A stretch of DNA of 64,000 nt, taken from assembly GCA_963753975.1 (NCBI GenBank), contig CAVWEH010000005.1, positions 288,001 through 352,000 on the forward strand, read 5' to 3'. Positions 28,317 through 38,730 of the stretch are shown in pieces; the stretch's first letter is position 1; each line of letters opens with the position of its first letter. The stretch comes from an uncultured delta proteobacterium (GTDB lineage Bacteria > Desulfobacterota > Syntrophia > Syntrophales > Smithellaceae). Both the position numbers and the translations under genes were made by a program. A model generated the notes under the pieces. It did not search any database, was not told the DNA's origin, and was given only the letters and a program-made list of their open reading frames with translations.

Positions 28317-30217
28317 CAACAACCAAGGAAAAAACTCTGCTGCGTTTTTCCACAACCGGTAGTGTGGACGATGGCAAGTCAACGCTGCTCGGGCGGCTGT
28401 TGTACGAAACAAAGACCATTTTCGAAGATCAGTATGCCGCTATAGAAAAAACCTCGCGAAAAAAGGGATTGGCCGAAGTTGACCTGGCGCTCCTTTTGGA
28501 TGGCTTGTCGGCGGAGCGGGAACAGGGAATTACGATTGATGTTGCCCATCGCTATTTCGAGACATCTTCAAGAAAGTTTATTATTACGGACAGCCCCGGT
28601 CATGTTCAATATACCAAAAATATGATCACCGGAGCTTCAACAGCCGACTGCGCCATTATTCTCATCGACGCTCGCAACGGCGTCCTTACCCAATCCAAAC
28701 GTCATGGATTCATTGTATCGCTCCTGCGGATTCCCCATTTGGTTGTGGCCATAAACAAGATGGATCTAGTGGAATATTCTGAAAATGTTTATAACCAAAT
28801 CGTCGAGCAATATACGGACTTTTCCGAAAAACTGGATATTCATGATATTGTCTTTATCCCGGTTTCCGCTCTCAAGGGCGACAATGTGGTGGAGAAAAGC
28901 AATAACATGCCCTGGTATGAAGGCGGCACGTTGCTCCATTATCTGGAGAATGTGCACGTTTCCGCCGACCGGAACCTGGTGGACTTCCGTTTTCCCGTTC
29001 AGTATGTTATCCGGCCGCATCAGGATTTCCGGGGCTTTGCCGGCAAGATTGTTTCCGGTACTTTGAGCCCGGGAGAGGAGATTGTCGTCCTTCCCTCGGG
29101 AAAAACGACGCGGGTGCGTTCTGTAGTAACCTATGATGGAGAACTATCAGAAGCCTTTGCCCCGCAATCTGTTGTGTTGACCTTCGAAGACGAGGTTGAC
29201 GTCAGCCGGGGCAATATGATCGTCAGGAAGAATAATCTTCCCCAGGTTGGAACGAGCTTTGAGGGCATGATCTGCTGGATGGATGATGTTCCCCTGTCCC
29301 TCAACAAGCCGTATCTTTTACAGCATACAACAAGGATTGTTAAAGCTTTTGTTTCCAGAATCGTTTATCTCGTGGATGTGAACAATCTCCATCGCCATCA
29401 GACAGAATCCCTCTCTCTTAACGATATCGGCCGGGTTGAGTTTGAAGTGACCTCGCCAATCTTTTGTGATCCTTATAAAATTAACCGTGGTACCGGCTGT
29501 TTTATTCTAATCGATCCCCTGACGCAGCACACAGTGGCGGCAGGTATGATTCGTGGTTTATCCCGAACAGTCGATGATATTGTTCCGAGAGATGAGAATA
29601 TATCGTCCAAGCAATACAAATCTCCGCACACGGTTTGGAGGGATTGGAACATTGATCGTCAGGCCAGGGAAGCCCGCAACCAGCACAAGGCCGCGGTGCT
29701 ATGGCTTACCGGATTATCCGGAGCGGGAAAATCAACTGTCGCCATGGCTCTGGAAAAAACACTTTTTCAATTAGGTTGCCAAACCATGCTTTTGGACGGG
29801 GATCAGCTTCGCCACGGCCTATCAGCAGATCTTGGATTTTCCGGAAAAGACCGGGAAGAAAATATCCACAGAGCTGCTCAAGTGGCGAGGTTGTTTTTCG
29901 AATCCGGGCATTTGGTCATTTGCACATTCATTTCTCCTTTTGCCAAAGACAGAGCCGTTGCCCGTTTACTAATTCCCGAAGGACGATTTTTTGAAATCTA
30001 TGTATCGTGCGATCTGGCTGTGTGCAAACGGCGTGATCCCAACGGATTATATGAGAAGGCCGTGCGTGGAGAAATTAAAAATTTTACCGGCGTATCATCA
30101 CCGTATGAAGCGCCGGATAATCCGGAAATCCTGTTGAATACAGATGTGCAGAGCGTAGAAGACAGCGTTGCCTGTATTATGGATATGCTGAAGAAGCGTG
30201 AAATTATAAGGCGCTAA
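28313..30217 (+). CDS. cysNC: Bifunctional sulfate adenylyltransferase subunit 1 / APS kinase (NodQ-like)
   Basis: GSVDDGKST, EREQGITID, NKMD; C-terminal WLTGLSGAGKST, LLDGD, NFTGVSSPYEAP. Confidence 0.95.
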   Translation: MTTTKEKTLLRFSTTGSVDDGKSTLLGRLLYETKTIFEDQYAAIEKTSRKKGLAEVDLALLLDGLSAEREQGITIDVAHRYFETSSRKFIITDSPGHVQYTKNMITGASTADCAIILIDARNGVLTQSKRHGFIVSLLRIPHLVVAINKMDLVEYSENVYNQIVEQYTDFSEKLDIHDIVFIPVSALKGDNVVEKSNNMPWYEGGTLLHYLENVHVSADRNLVDFRFPVQYVIRPHQDFRGFAGKIVSGTLSPGEEIVVLPSGKTTRVRSVVTYDGELSEAFAPQSVVLTFEDEVDVSRGNMIVRKNNLPQVGTSFEGMICWMDDVPLSLNKPYLLQHTTRIVKAFVSRIVYLVDVNNLHRHQTESLSLNDIGRVEFEVTSPIFCDPYKINRGTGCFILIDPLTQHTVAAGMIRGLSRTVDDIVPRDENISSKQYKSPHTVWRDWNIDRQAREARNQHKAAVLWLTGLSGAGKSTVAMALEKTLFQLGCQTMLLDGDQLRHGLSADLGFSGKDREENIHRAAQVARLFFESGHLVICTFISPFAKDRAVARLLIPEGRFFEIYVSCDLAVCKRRDPNGLYEKAVRGEIKNFTGVSSPYEAPDNPEILLNTDVQSVEDSVACIMDMLKKREIIRR

Positions 30218-30395
30218 TCAGACGCCCTAAAGGTATTGCTTGTTTATTAACAGATTTTTTGTAGGTAGAAAAGCGATTGAGCTTCAGAAAGTATAGCATT
30301 GAAGAGGGCAGAGAGGATTTGTTTTCCTTCAGAGACTTTATAGGCCTTAATTTGTGCTGGGGCGGATCGTGCCCGGTCAGAAAGGTTAGTTTGAA

Positions 30396-32457
30396 TTGAC
30401 TAATTCAGCAATCACAATGCATTCTCGATTACACAATACTAATGTTGAAGTCGTGGTGGCCTGGATTTCGATGTTCTTTATGCTACTCTTTGCGATGTGG
30501 ACTCTGGCGCATCACGCAGCAACGTTTCTTTACATTCCATGGCAATCTCTAAGCAGGGCGGCGGTTATGGCGAGTCTGCCCGCAACATTGCTGGCTGCCT
30601 GGGGAGCGTGGCGATTTTCAAATGCTTATTGTGAAGAGGTCACAAAAACCACATACCCGGCAGGTTTCCGGAGCATATCATCTATAATTATATTTATTGC
30701 GATAACAGCGTTGTTATTGGTTACACCGACTTATGGCTTGCGTTTTGCGCTCGCCGTGGCTGGATTTTTATTTATATGGTGGCTAACAAGACAAGAAGAT
30801 ACTCCATCTCAGTCAACGGCAGCAACCCCAGAAGCTAGCACTTCATTTTCAGGGCGCAGTGCCGCGTGTATCCTGGCGGCATTCTCTTTTATCGCCGTTG
30901 TAGTAACACTGGCAGTTCACCGACCTGATCTGGATGATTCAAGTTTCATACAAATCGCCGCCCAAACCTTGCGTCATCCAAAGCTCGCACCTCTCACCTT
31001 TGATGCATCTCTGGGATTCATCTTGGAGCCTTTTCGCTTTGCGCCTTATCGGCTTGCCTCATACGAGACGCTCGTTGCACTTCTTACTGGTTGGACCGGT
31101 TTAAATATCCTTACCGTCTATTATCTGTTACTGCCGGGGTTAACAGCAGTTTTGACAATCGGTGTCGCGTACTTGTTTGCTCGATGGTTTCTGCCGTCCG
31201 GCCCGGCGGTTTTGGCCACAGCGATATTTCTTTTAATCATGCTGGCGTGGGGAGAATCGCACTATACTTATGGGAACCGTGTATTTGTCAGGTTGTTCCA
31301 GGGCAAAGGACTTCTCATCGCACTGACAACTCCCATGTCTGTCATTGTCGGGCTTCTGCTTTTGCGTCACCCTTCTGTCTGGAATTGGATCTTTCTTGCT
31401 TTAGCACAGGTTGCAGCAATCGGCGTATCTTCTTCCGGTTTGGTTTGCACTTTTGCTACAACTGCGCTGATATTGGTCACAGCAATAAGGCGCGATCTTA
31501 AAGCTGTTGTTTTTGCGTCAGGAATAGTGGCTGCGACACTCATCTATCCGGCGATACTAGGTGTCTGGCTTAAGTTCTACAGTGGCTCGGCCATACCATT
31601 AAGTAAAATAGGCACATATCTCCCAATCAATTCTTCGCTCGGTCTGGGCATACGTGAGGCACTGGCACTAACCGCATTAGCGCTGGGGTTTGGGGCACTG
31701 CGCGTAAGTATTCAAAAACGGGAATATGGGTTGCTTGCCGGCGCGGCACTTTTGCTAATATTCAACCCATGGTTTTCCGATCTGTTATCCGGTCTATCGA
31801 CTCGAAATATGAGTTGGCGCTTAGCCTGGGCAGCGCCAATGCCGCTTCTGCTGGCTGTTGCCTTCGCGGCAGTCATTTCGCCTTTATTTTGGATGCGACC
31901 ACCGATAAAGAATCTACCCTTGTTCAGTTCGTTTATCGGAGTTGTGACGCTTATTTTTTTCTTAGCGGCGGCACGTTGGACTCTGGTGGCGTCTAACGGC
32001 GTAACATGGAGCTGGCCTTCAACCAAACTTCCTGTTGAATACAATATGGCGACGGATATCTCAGCAGAAATAAGTGAAGCTCACTTCGTCAGGGACAGTT
32101 CTTGCTAGTCGTGATATTGGCGCCTGGCTGCCACTCGTTGCACCCGACCTCAAACTAATTATGCCGGGGCACACCTACCCGGGAATGCTGAGAACTGTTC
32201 TCCCCTCGTCCGAATTCGATAGCCGCAAGCGACTTTTTAACGCGATAAATGGGCAGGAAGTAGACCTCCTGAGTACGGTGGTACTGATGAAACAATATAA
32301 AGTTGGTACGCTGGTAATACCGAATGGTTCAAACGCAGGAAAATTTATTGAATTTATTAACTCACGCGCAGATATTAAGATCAAGGAGATTCCCGCAGTC
32401 GCTGGACACCGCATATTCTTTCTGACTTATGGCCAGGGCATTCTCAATGAACATTAA
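30396..32457 (+). CDS. Polytopic membrane protein (DUF6077-like, putative GT-C), +1 frameshift near 32072
   Basis: Many TM segments, HRPDLDD acidic loop, RLFQGK; removing one A from ATAAGTG joins ORFs 30396 and 32074. Confidence 0.6.
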
Positions 32458-32562
32458 AAAATGATTTATCGGACGCCATGTGACATTGTTAGTGACCGTG
32501 CTGCACTGTTTGCTGGAAATCGCCAGATTTTCTGATTCATATGCTTCGGCAAAGGATGGAAA

Positions 32563-33537
32563 ATGAAACTAATAATACAAATCCCCTGCTACAACGAAGC
32601 TGAAACACTGACTATTACCCTTTCTGCGCTTCCGCGTGAAGTACCGGGTTTTGATAAAGTCGAATGGCTGATCATTGATGACGGCAGCACGGATAAAACG
32701 ATAAAAGTTGCTCAGGAAAATGGCGCGGACTATATTGTGAAGCATACTCGAAATCAAGGCTTAGCGCGCGCGTTTATGACCGGTATCCGGGAAGCTGTTC
32801 GTCTGGGTGCGGATGTGATTGTAAACACGGACGCTGATAATCAATATAACGCGAACGATATTCCAACTTTAACTCAGCCTATTATCGACGGGCAGGCGGA
32901 TATTGTTGTCGGTGCCAGACCAATCAATAATATCAGTCACTTCTCTCCAATTAAAAAAATTCTCCAGAAAATCGGGAGCTGGGTTCTCCGGATGGCAAGC
33001 CAGACAGACATTCCTGATGTAACCAGCGGTTTTCGAGCAATGACCCACAATGCCGCCCAGCAACTGGTCGTATTTGATAACTACACCTATACACTGGAAA
33101 CCATCATTCAGGCCGGACAAAAAAATATGGCGATCACATCTGTCCCCGTGCGTGTTAACGCTGATTTACGTCCTTCGAAGCTGGTTAAAGGCATTCCATC
33201 GTACATCATGCATAGTATAGTTACTATTGTTCGAATCTTTATCATTTATCGGCCATTTCGTTTTTTTTGCGCGATTGGCATTATATTGTTTGGGTTCGGT
33301 ATTTTGGTTGGCATCCGTTTTATATGGTTTTATCTCAACGGCCATGGATCCGGACATGTGCAATCACTTATTCTGGCCAGTGTTCTAATTGGTATGGGTT
33401 TTCAGACGCTTCTTATTGCTGTCATCGCTGATTTACTCTCAGCAAACCGTAAATTGCTGGAGGATGTGCGCTACAACTTAAAAATCCTTTCGCACAATAA
33501 TGATGATATTGAACAAAAGCATAGAAATAATCGCTGA
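32563..33537 (+). CDS. GT2 polyprenol-phosphate glycosyltransferase (GtrB/DPM1-like)
   Basis: IPCYNE, DDGSTD, NTDADNQY, SGFRA, two C-terminal TM helices. Confidence 0.85.
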   Translation: MKLIIQIPCYNEAETLTITLSALPREVPGFDKVEWLIIDDGSTDKTIKVAQENGADYIVKHTRNQGLARAFMTGIREAVRLGADVIVNTDADNQYNANDIPTLTQPIIDGQADIVVGARPINNISHFSPIKKILQKIGSWVLRMASQTDIPDVTSGFRAMTHNAAQQLVVFDNYTYTLETIIQAGQKNMAITSVPVRVNADLRPSKLVKGIPSYIMHSIVTIVRIFIIYRPFRFFCAIGIILFGFGILVGIRFIWFYLNGHGSGHVQSLILASVLIGMGFQTLLIAVIADLLSANRKLLEDVRYNLKILSHNNDDIEQKHRNNR

Positions 33538-33724
33538 AGATGGTACAGAAGGGCGAGGATAAAGAAGAGAAGGCTATTTCTGCAATCGGAACGACTAAGC
33601 GAGCGGTTATGTGCGCGACTCTCCGTCACGGATCGCCATCCACCTACGATCACTAGTACCTCATTTGAATGTTTTTGCTTCTGATGGTGGGATGTTACCC
33701 ATCGATTTTTTAGGATAGTAATTT

Positions 33725-34741
33725 ATGTCAAAGCAAATAAGACATAAAAAGATTAGACTCGAAGCTTCATCGGGATGTCAACTGCGGTGTCATTCTTGTC
33801 CAAATGCTAGTAAAGCGATCTTACCAACTGTAGGAAGAGGTTTTCTTCGGTTGAGCAATTTTCAAAAGCTTCTGGATGAAAATCCATGGATTGCAGAAAT
33901 CGAACTTTCTAACTATGGCGAGATATTTCTAAATCCTGATCTGTTGGAAATTATTGAGTATGCGTATGAGCGGAAAATTACTTTAACTGCTGATAATGGG
34001 GTAAACTTTAATAACGTCAGGATAGAAGTGCTGGAGGGCTTAGTTAAATACAAGTTTCGAAGGATAACTGTCAGTATAGATGGTGCGAGTAATAAAACTT
34101 ATAAACAGTATCGAATAGGCGGAAACTATGACGTAGTAATTGAAAATATAAAGAAGGTAAATCTCTTTAAACAGCAGTATCAGTCAAAATATCCTTTGTT
34201 GTCATGGCAGTTCGTAATCTTTGGTCACAACGAGCACGAATTACTAACGGCAAGAAAATTGGCTAACGAACTAAATATGTATTTCTACACAAAACTATCA
34301 TGGGATGCTAAATTTTCACCTGTGCAAAATCAAGAAGTTATCAGAAAAGAACTTGGTGCTGTTTCACGGGGCGAATACAAAGAAAAATATGGCGTGGACT
34401 ATGCACAGGGAATCTGCCGTCAGTTGTGGGAGCAACCACAAATAAACTGGGACGGCAAAGTGTTGGGGTGTTGTCGCAACTTTTGGGGAGATTTTGGTGG
34501 AAATGTATTTACCGATGGGCTTTTGGAGAGTCTCAATAATGAAAAGATTAATTACGCCAAGGATATGCTCATGGGTCGGCAAGGGGCGAGGGATGACATT
34601 CCTTGTGCCACTTGTGGGATTTATTTAGACATGAAAAGAGAAGGGCATTGGCTCAAGAGAAGCGTAAAAAGACGGTTAATTTCTTCAATTCCCCCTAAGC
34701 TTAAGCACATAATTGAGAGGTTATTATGTAAAAAAGGTTAG
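33725..34741 (+). CDS. Radical SAM protein with SPASM/twitch domain
   Basis: CQLRCHSC (CxxxCxxC); C-terminal C...WDGKVLGCC...PCATC. Confidence 0.85.
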   Translation: MSKQIRHKKIRLEASSGCQLRCHSCPNASKAILPTVGRGFLRLSNFQKLLDENPWIAEIELSNYGEIFLNPDLLEIIEYAYERKITLTADNGVNFNNVRIEVLEGLVKYKFRRITVSIDGASNKTYKQYRIGGNYDVVIENIKKVNLFKQQYQSKYPLLSWQFVIFGHNEHELLTARKLANELNMYFYTKLSWDAKFSPVQNQEVIRKELGAVSRGEYKEKYGVDYAQGICRQLWEQPQINWDGKVLGCCRNFWGDFGGNVFTDGLLESLNNEKINYAKDMLMGRQGARDDIPCATCGIYLDMKREGHWLKRSVKRRLISSIPPKLKHIIERLLCKKG

Positions 34742-34802
34742 CAGAAAGCCACACTTCAGTCAAGGTATATATTCAATAATATTAGTAAGTAATCTTTGAA
34801 TA

Positions 34803-34871
34803 ACTACAACTTATTGCCGTAAATATGAGGATAAAAAAGTTGAAGTTGATGGTTAGTTGTGCAAAGGTTTC
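34803..34871 (+). repeat. Short, internally deleted copy of junction repeat
   Basis: 5' block ACTACAACTTATTGCCGTAAATATGAGGAT fused directly to 3' block AAAAAAGTTGAAGTTGATGGTTAGTTGTGCAAAGGTTTC. Confidence 0.75.
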
Positions 34872-34968
34872 TTACCGTTTAAAATATTTAAAAATATATT
34901 TTAAAAACTATTGACTAAAATCAACCAAGTCTCGGAACATAAAATAACTGTTAAATGAGAGACTGTTA

Positions 34969-36312
34969 TTGATGATCGATCTTGTCAAACGTAAAATCCA
35001 AAATCTGATTTTAGATAAGAAATTTTCTGAGATTTTGATCGGATCGTCTTGGGCTCTGTCCGCCAGTGTTATTGCCGCCGGCCTGGGACTGGTATCCAGT
35101 ATAATTATTGCCAGAGCCTATGGAGCGGAAATGCTGGGCATTGTGGCAGTGCTTAACTCCTTTTTTACTTTGGTCACTATTTTTACTGTCCTGGGCACTG
35201 GGACATCTATCCTGCGCCTTATCCCGGAGCATCTGGTTAAATATTCACCCACATCAGCTTTTAAAGTCTATCGCAAGACCCAGTACTTTGTGGTCGGAAT
35301 TTCCATTCTTACCGGTAGCCTGCTTTTTTTTGCCTCAGGATTTATTGCGGAAACCGTGTTTTCCAAACCACACCTTAGATTTTATTTTGCTTTGGCCGCA
35401 GTGCTTATCGTGTTCCCGTCGCTCATTCAATTCAACACCCAGGCTGTGCGCGGGTTACGCCTGATCCGGGGATTTGCCTTCATGCAGGTGCTGCCTTCAT
35501 TTACCAAACTGCTCATTTTGATCCCCATAACCATTTTCTTTTTTCACCAGGACAATCCCATCTATGCCATGTTCGCGTCCATGGCCGTCACCGCTCTGGC
35601 CGGGGTTTGGATCATGAACAGGGCATTTAAAGTCAAAACAGGGTCAAACGACATTATTCAGCCCATGCCGGTGAAAGATATCCTGGCCATTTCCCTGCCC
35701 ATGTTTTTGACTTCAACTATGACCTTTGTAATCGGCCAGACCGGTGTGATCATGCTGGGTATATTCCGGCCTGAGGCGGAAGTGGGGTATTACTCCGTCG
35801 CCGTCAGCATGGCATCCTTGACCAGTTTTGTCTTGTCAGCTATCAACTCCATGGCCGCGCCTAAATTTTCCGAACTATTTAACAGCGATAAAATTGCCGG
35901 ACTTTTTTATGTAGCCCAAAAATCGACCAAGCTCATTTTCTGGGCTACTATTCCCATACTTTTCTTCTTAGTTTTGCTGGGTAAACCAGCACTTTCTCTG
36001 TTGTTCGGCCGTGATTTTACGGTGGCGTACTGGGCAATGTTTTTCCTTGTTCTTGGTCAATTTGTAAACTCGATTTCCGGCTCAACTGGCATTTTCATGA
36101 ACATGACCGGCCATCAGATTGTGTTTCGTAATGTTATGTTTATGGCAGCGGTAATGAATGTGATTCTCAACCTGATACTTATTCCTAACCTTGGCATTTA
36201 CGGTGCAGCTTTGGCCGGGATGTCCAGTCTGATTTTTTGGAACGTATATTTATTGATTTATATCAAAATGAAATATGGTAGAATCATTGGGTATTTGCCT
36301 TTGGGACGCTGA
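34969..36312 (+). CDS. wzx: Second Wzx-type flippase
   Basis: Many TM segments; ARAYGAEMLG, MLG...EVGYY.VA, LN.ILIP.LGIYGAA. Confidence 0.85.
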   Translation: MMIDLVKRKIQNLILDKKFSEILIGSSWALSASVIAAGLGLVSSIIIARAYGAEMLGIVAVLNSFFTLVTIFTVLGTGTSILRLIPEHLVKYSPTSAFKVYRKTQYFVVGISILTGSLLFFASGFIAETVFSKPHLRFYFALAAVLIVFPSLIQFNTQAVRGLRLIRGFAFMQVLPSFTKLLILIPITIFFFHQDNPIYAMFASMAVTALAGVWIMNRAFKVKTGSNDIIQPMPVKDILAISLPMFLTSTMTFVIGQTGVIMLGIFRPEAEVGYYSVAVSMASLTSFVLSAINSMAAPKFSELFNSDKIAGLFYVAQKSTKLIFWATIPILFFLVLLGKPALSLLFGRDFTVAYWAMFFLVLGQFVNSISGSTGIFMNMTGHQIVFRNVMFMAAVMNVILNLILIPNLGIYGAALAGMSSLIFWNVYLLIYIKMKYGRIIGYLPLGR

Positions 36313-36368
36313 GGAGGATTCAATGCCATACCCAGTTGACCTGATATCTATTTTTGTTGGAGGCTTTT

Positions 36369-37280
36369 ATGAAATATGCTTTGCCTAATCTTTTTGTAAT
36401 TGGTGCACCCAAATCGGGCACCTCTGCTTTGGTGCACGCATTGGGCCAACATCCGGATATTTATGTACCTTTAAAAAAAGAGTTAAGATACTTTGATGCT
36501 CGTACATTTTATGATTATAAAGAAGACTATCCAATCAAATCTATTGATGATTATTTATCATTCTATAAATCGCCAGATGCCAAAGATGCATCGTATAGAG
36601 TAGATGGTAGTGTTTATAATATGTATAGTCCAGAATCTATCAAAAACATATTAGAGTTTTCCTCTAATGCTAAATTTATTATAATGCTTAGAGATCCTGT
36701 AATGGCATCTAAGTCAATGCATGCGCAAAGATTGAAATACGGCTCTGGCGGCATGCGGGAAATCTCCGACGATTTTTGCACGTGCTGGAAAAGTCTTGAA
36801 ATGAGAAAATTGGGGAAAATGTACCCTAAGCACTGCCGAAACAAATTTCTTTTTAGATATGATCTTTTATACTCATATGAATTATATGTTCCAAAAATTT
36901 TAAGCATGGTTTCACCAAAGAATATCTATATAGGTAGACATGAGCAGCTTAAAAGCAATCCTGTAACCGTATATAAAGATATTTTTTCATTTCTTAATGT
37001 CAAATTTGATTTTATACCCGAAACAAAAATAATAAATCCGTCTTATATTATTAAGTCAACATTATATAATAAAATAGCTCGTCATTTAGCTGGCAAAAGC
37101 TTAAGATTGAGAAAGTCAATGGGTTTATCTGGCAAAAGAGTTGACATGTTTGCGAAATTGATTTTTCAAAAAATCGAAACGACGCATTACGCTAATTCTT
37201 ATTGTGATAATGAGGTCCGTGCCTTTTTCCAAAGCACATACAAATTTCTGGATACTCTTCAAATCTTAAATAGAGGTTAA
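36369..37280 (+). CDS. PAPS-dependent sulfotransferase
   Basis: 5'-PSB loop IGAPKSGTSAL, KE..YF, 3'-PB motif LRDPV..S.S; GGAGG RBS. Confidence 0.85.
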   Translation: MKYALPNLFVIGAPKSGTSALVHALGQHPDIYVPLKKELRYFDARTFYDYKEDYPIKSIDDYLSFYKSPDAKDASYRVDGSVYNMYSPESIKNILEFSSNAKFIIMLRDPVMASKSMHAQRLKYGSGGMREISDDFCTCWKSLEMRKLGKMYPKHCRNKFLFRYDLLYSYELYVPKILSMVSPKNIYIGRHEQLKSNPVTVYKDIFSFLNVKFDFIPETKIINPSYIIKSTLYNKIARHLAGKSLRLRKSMGLSGKRVDMFAKLIFQKIETTHYANSYCDNEVRAFFQSTYKFLDTLQILNRG

Positions 37281-37548
37281 AGCTAAAGTTTGGGAATTTT
37301 TCATAACTTGAAAACTGAATGATGATTTGGCAGTCCATCTTGGCGGTGACATTGAAACAGTAGTTATCGATGCGGAATTAAACCCGGATCATGCGGCCTC
37401 AGCAACAGACCTTCCCTGCGGTTAGAGGGAAAAATGATTTCATGCTTCTCAATTCACACTACATTAAATCAACAAGTATTTTTAATAGAGCGGATTATTT
37501 AAAATTTGAAAAAAGTAAGAAAGATTATACTTTACCGAGGAATATAAA

Positions 37549-38637
37549 ATGAAAATCCTTTATTGCATAAGTAAAGATCCTTATTTAGATGAGAAGCGTG
37601 GTGGACAATTATCTACTCTTGCTTTAAAAAAAGAATTCAATAAGTATTCATGTAAATCAGGATTGGTATCGAATTTTTCTGAAAAGCCAAATACTAAGGA
37701 AGATTATAAACTGGCATTACCCAAATCTAAAATAACTCGGAAGTTAATATTGGACTATTTTAATCCTAGAGTTGAAAAAGAAATGTGCAGTATATTAAAA
37801 GATTTTGAACCGGATTTAATTCATTTTAATAGTATTTGGGGATTCCCTTTAAATACATTAAATAAAATAGCAAAAATATATCCAGTAGTTATAACTATAA
37901 GGGACACTTGGATATTGGAATATTCCCCAAAATTACCCAAATTCATAAATAATATACATAAAAAAATAGCATTAAAAAAACTAAAAAATATACTTCTTAT
38001 CGCTCCAAGCAAATTTATTTATAAAAAATTAAAAAACACGGGTTATAAAAAAGTTAAATTAATATATAATTCTGTAGATATGTCTCCTAAAAGAACGTCG
38101 TATAAAAAAACGATAATGTATTCTGGAAGAATAAGTTCGGAAAAAGGATTACAAACAATTATAGGAATTTTAGACAAAATAAAGAATTATAGGATTCTTA
38201 TTTTAGGTGAAGGCCCAATGAAAAAAAAGCTTCAAGAATCTTATAAAAATATTGAATTTCTGGGATTTCAAAATCCTGAAAGATATTATCAGAAGAGTAG
38301 TATTCTTGTGATGCCGTCTATTTGGGAGGAAGCTTTTGGAAGATCTACGCTGGAAGCTATGTCTTATGGATTATGCGTTATAGGCTCTAACACGGGAGGT
38401 ACTCCGGAATTAATTGTTCCTTATAAAACTGGTTTATTATTTGAACCTGGAAATGCAGACGATTTTGAAAAAAAGATAAATTATCTGTTGGAAAATCCTG
38501 AAAAAATTAAATTAATGGGTAATAATGCAAGCAACTTTATTAAAAAGAAATATAATTATAAAGAGATGATACGAAATTATAAAGAAGCTTATCAAGAAAC
38601 CATAAATCTTTTTGAAATAAAAAAAGAAATAAATTAG
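37549..38637 (+). CDS. GT4 glycosyltransferase (very AT-rich)
   Basis: GRISSEKG, GEGP, PSIWEEAFGRSTLEAMSYG. Confidence 0.88.
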   Translation: MKILYCISKDPYLDEKRGGQLSTLALKKEFNKYSCKSGLVSNFSEKPNTKEDYKLALPKSKITRKLILDYFNPRVEKEMCSILKDFEPDLIHFNSIWGFPLNTLNKIAKIYPVVITIRDTWILEYSPKLPKFINNIHKKIALKKLKNILLIAPSKFIYKKLKNTGYKKVKLIYNSVDMSPKRTSYKKTIMYSGRISSEKGLQTIIGILDKIKNYRILILGEGPMKKKLQESYKNIEFLGFQNPERYYQKSSILVMPSIWEEAFGRSTLEAMSYGLCVIGSNTGGTPELIVPYKTGLLFEPGNADDFEKKINYLLENPEKIKLMGNNASNFIKKKYNYKEMIRNYKEAYQETINLFEIKKEIN

Positions 38638-38730
38638 ATTAAAAGAAATAGTTAATAAACAATTGAAACTTATAAAAAATTTAAACCCGCTGGCTAGTTA
38701 GATAAAAGACTCGAAAGGTTTTTAGAAAAT

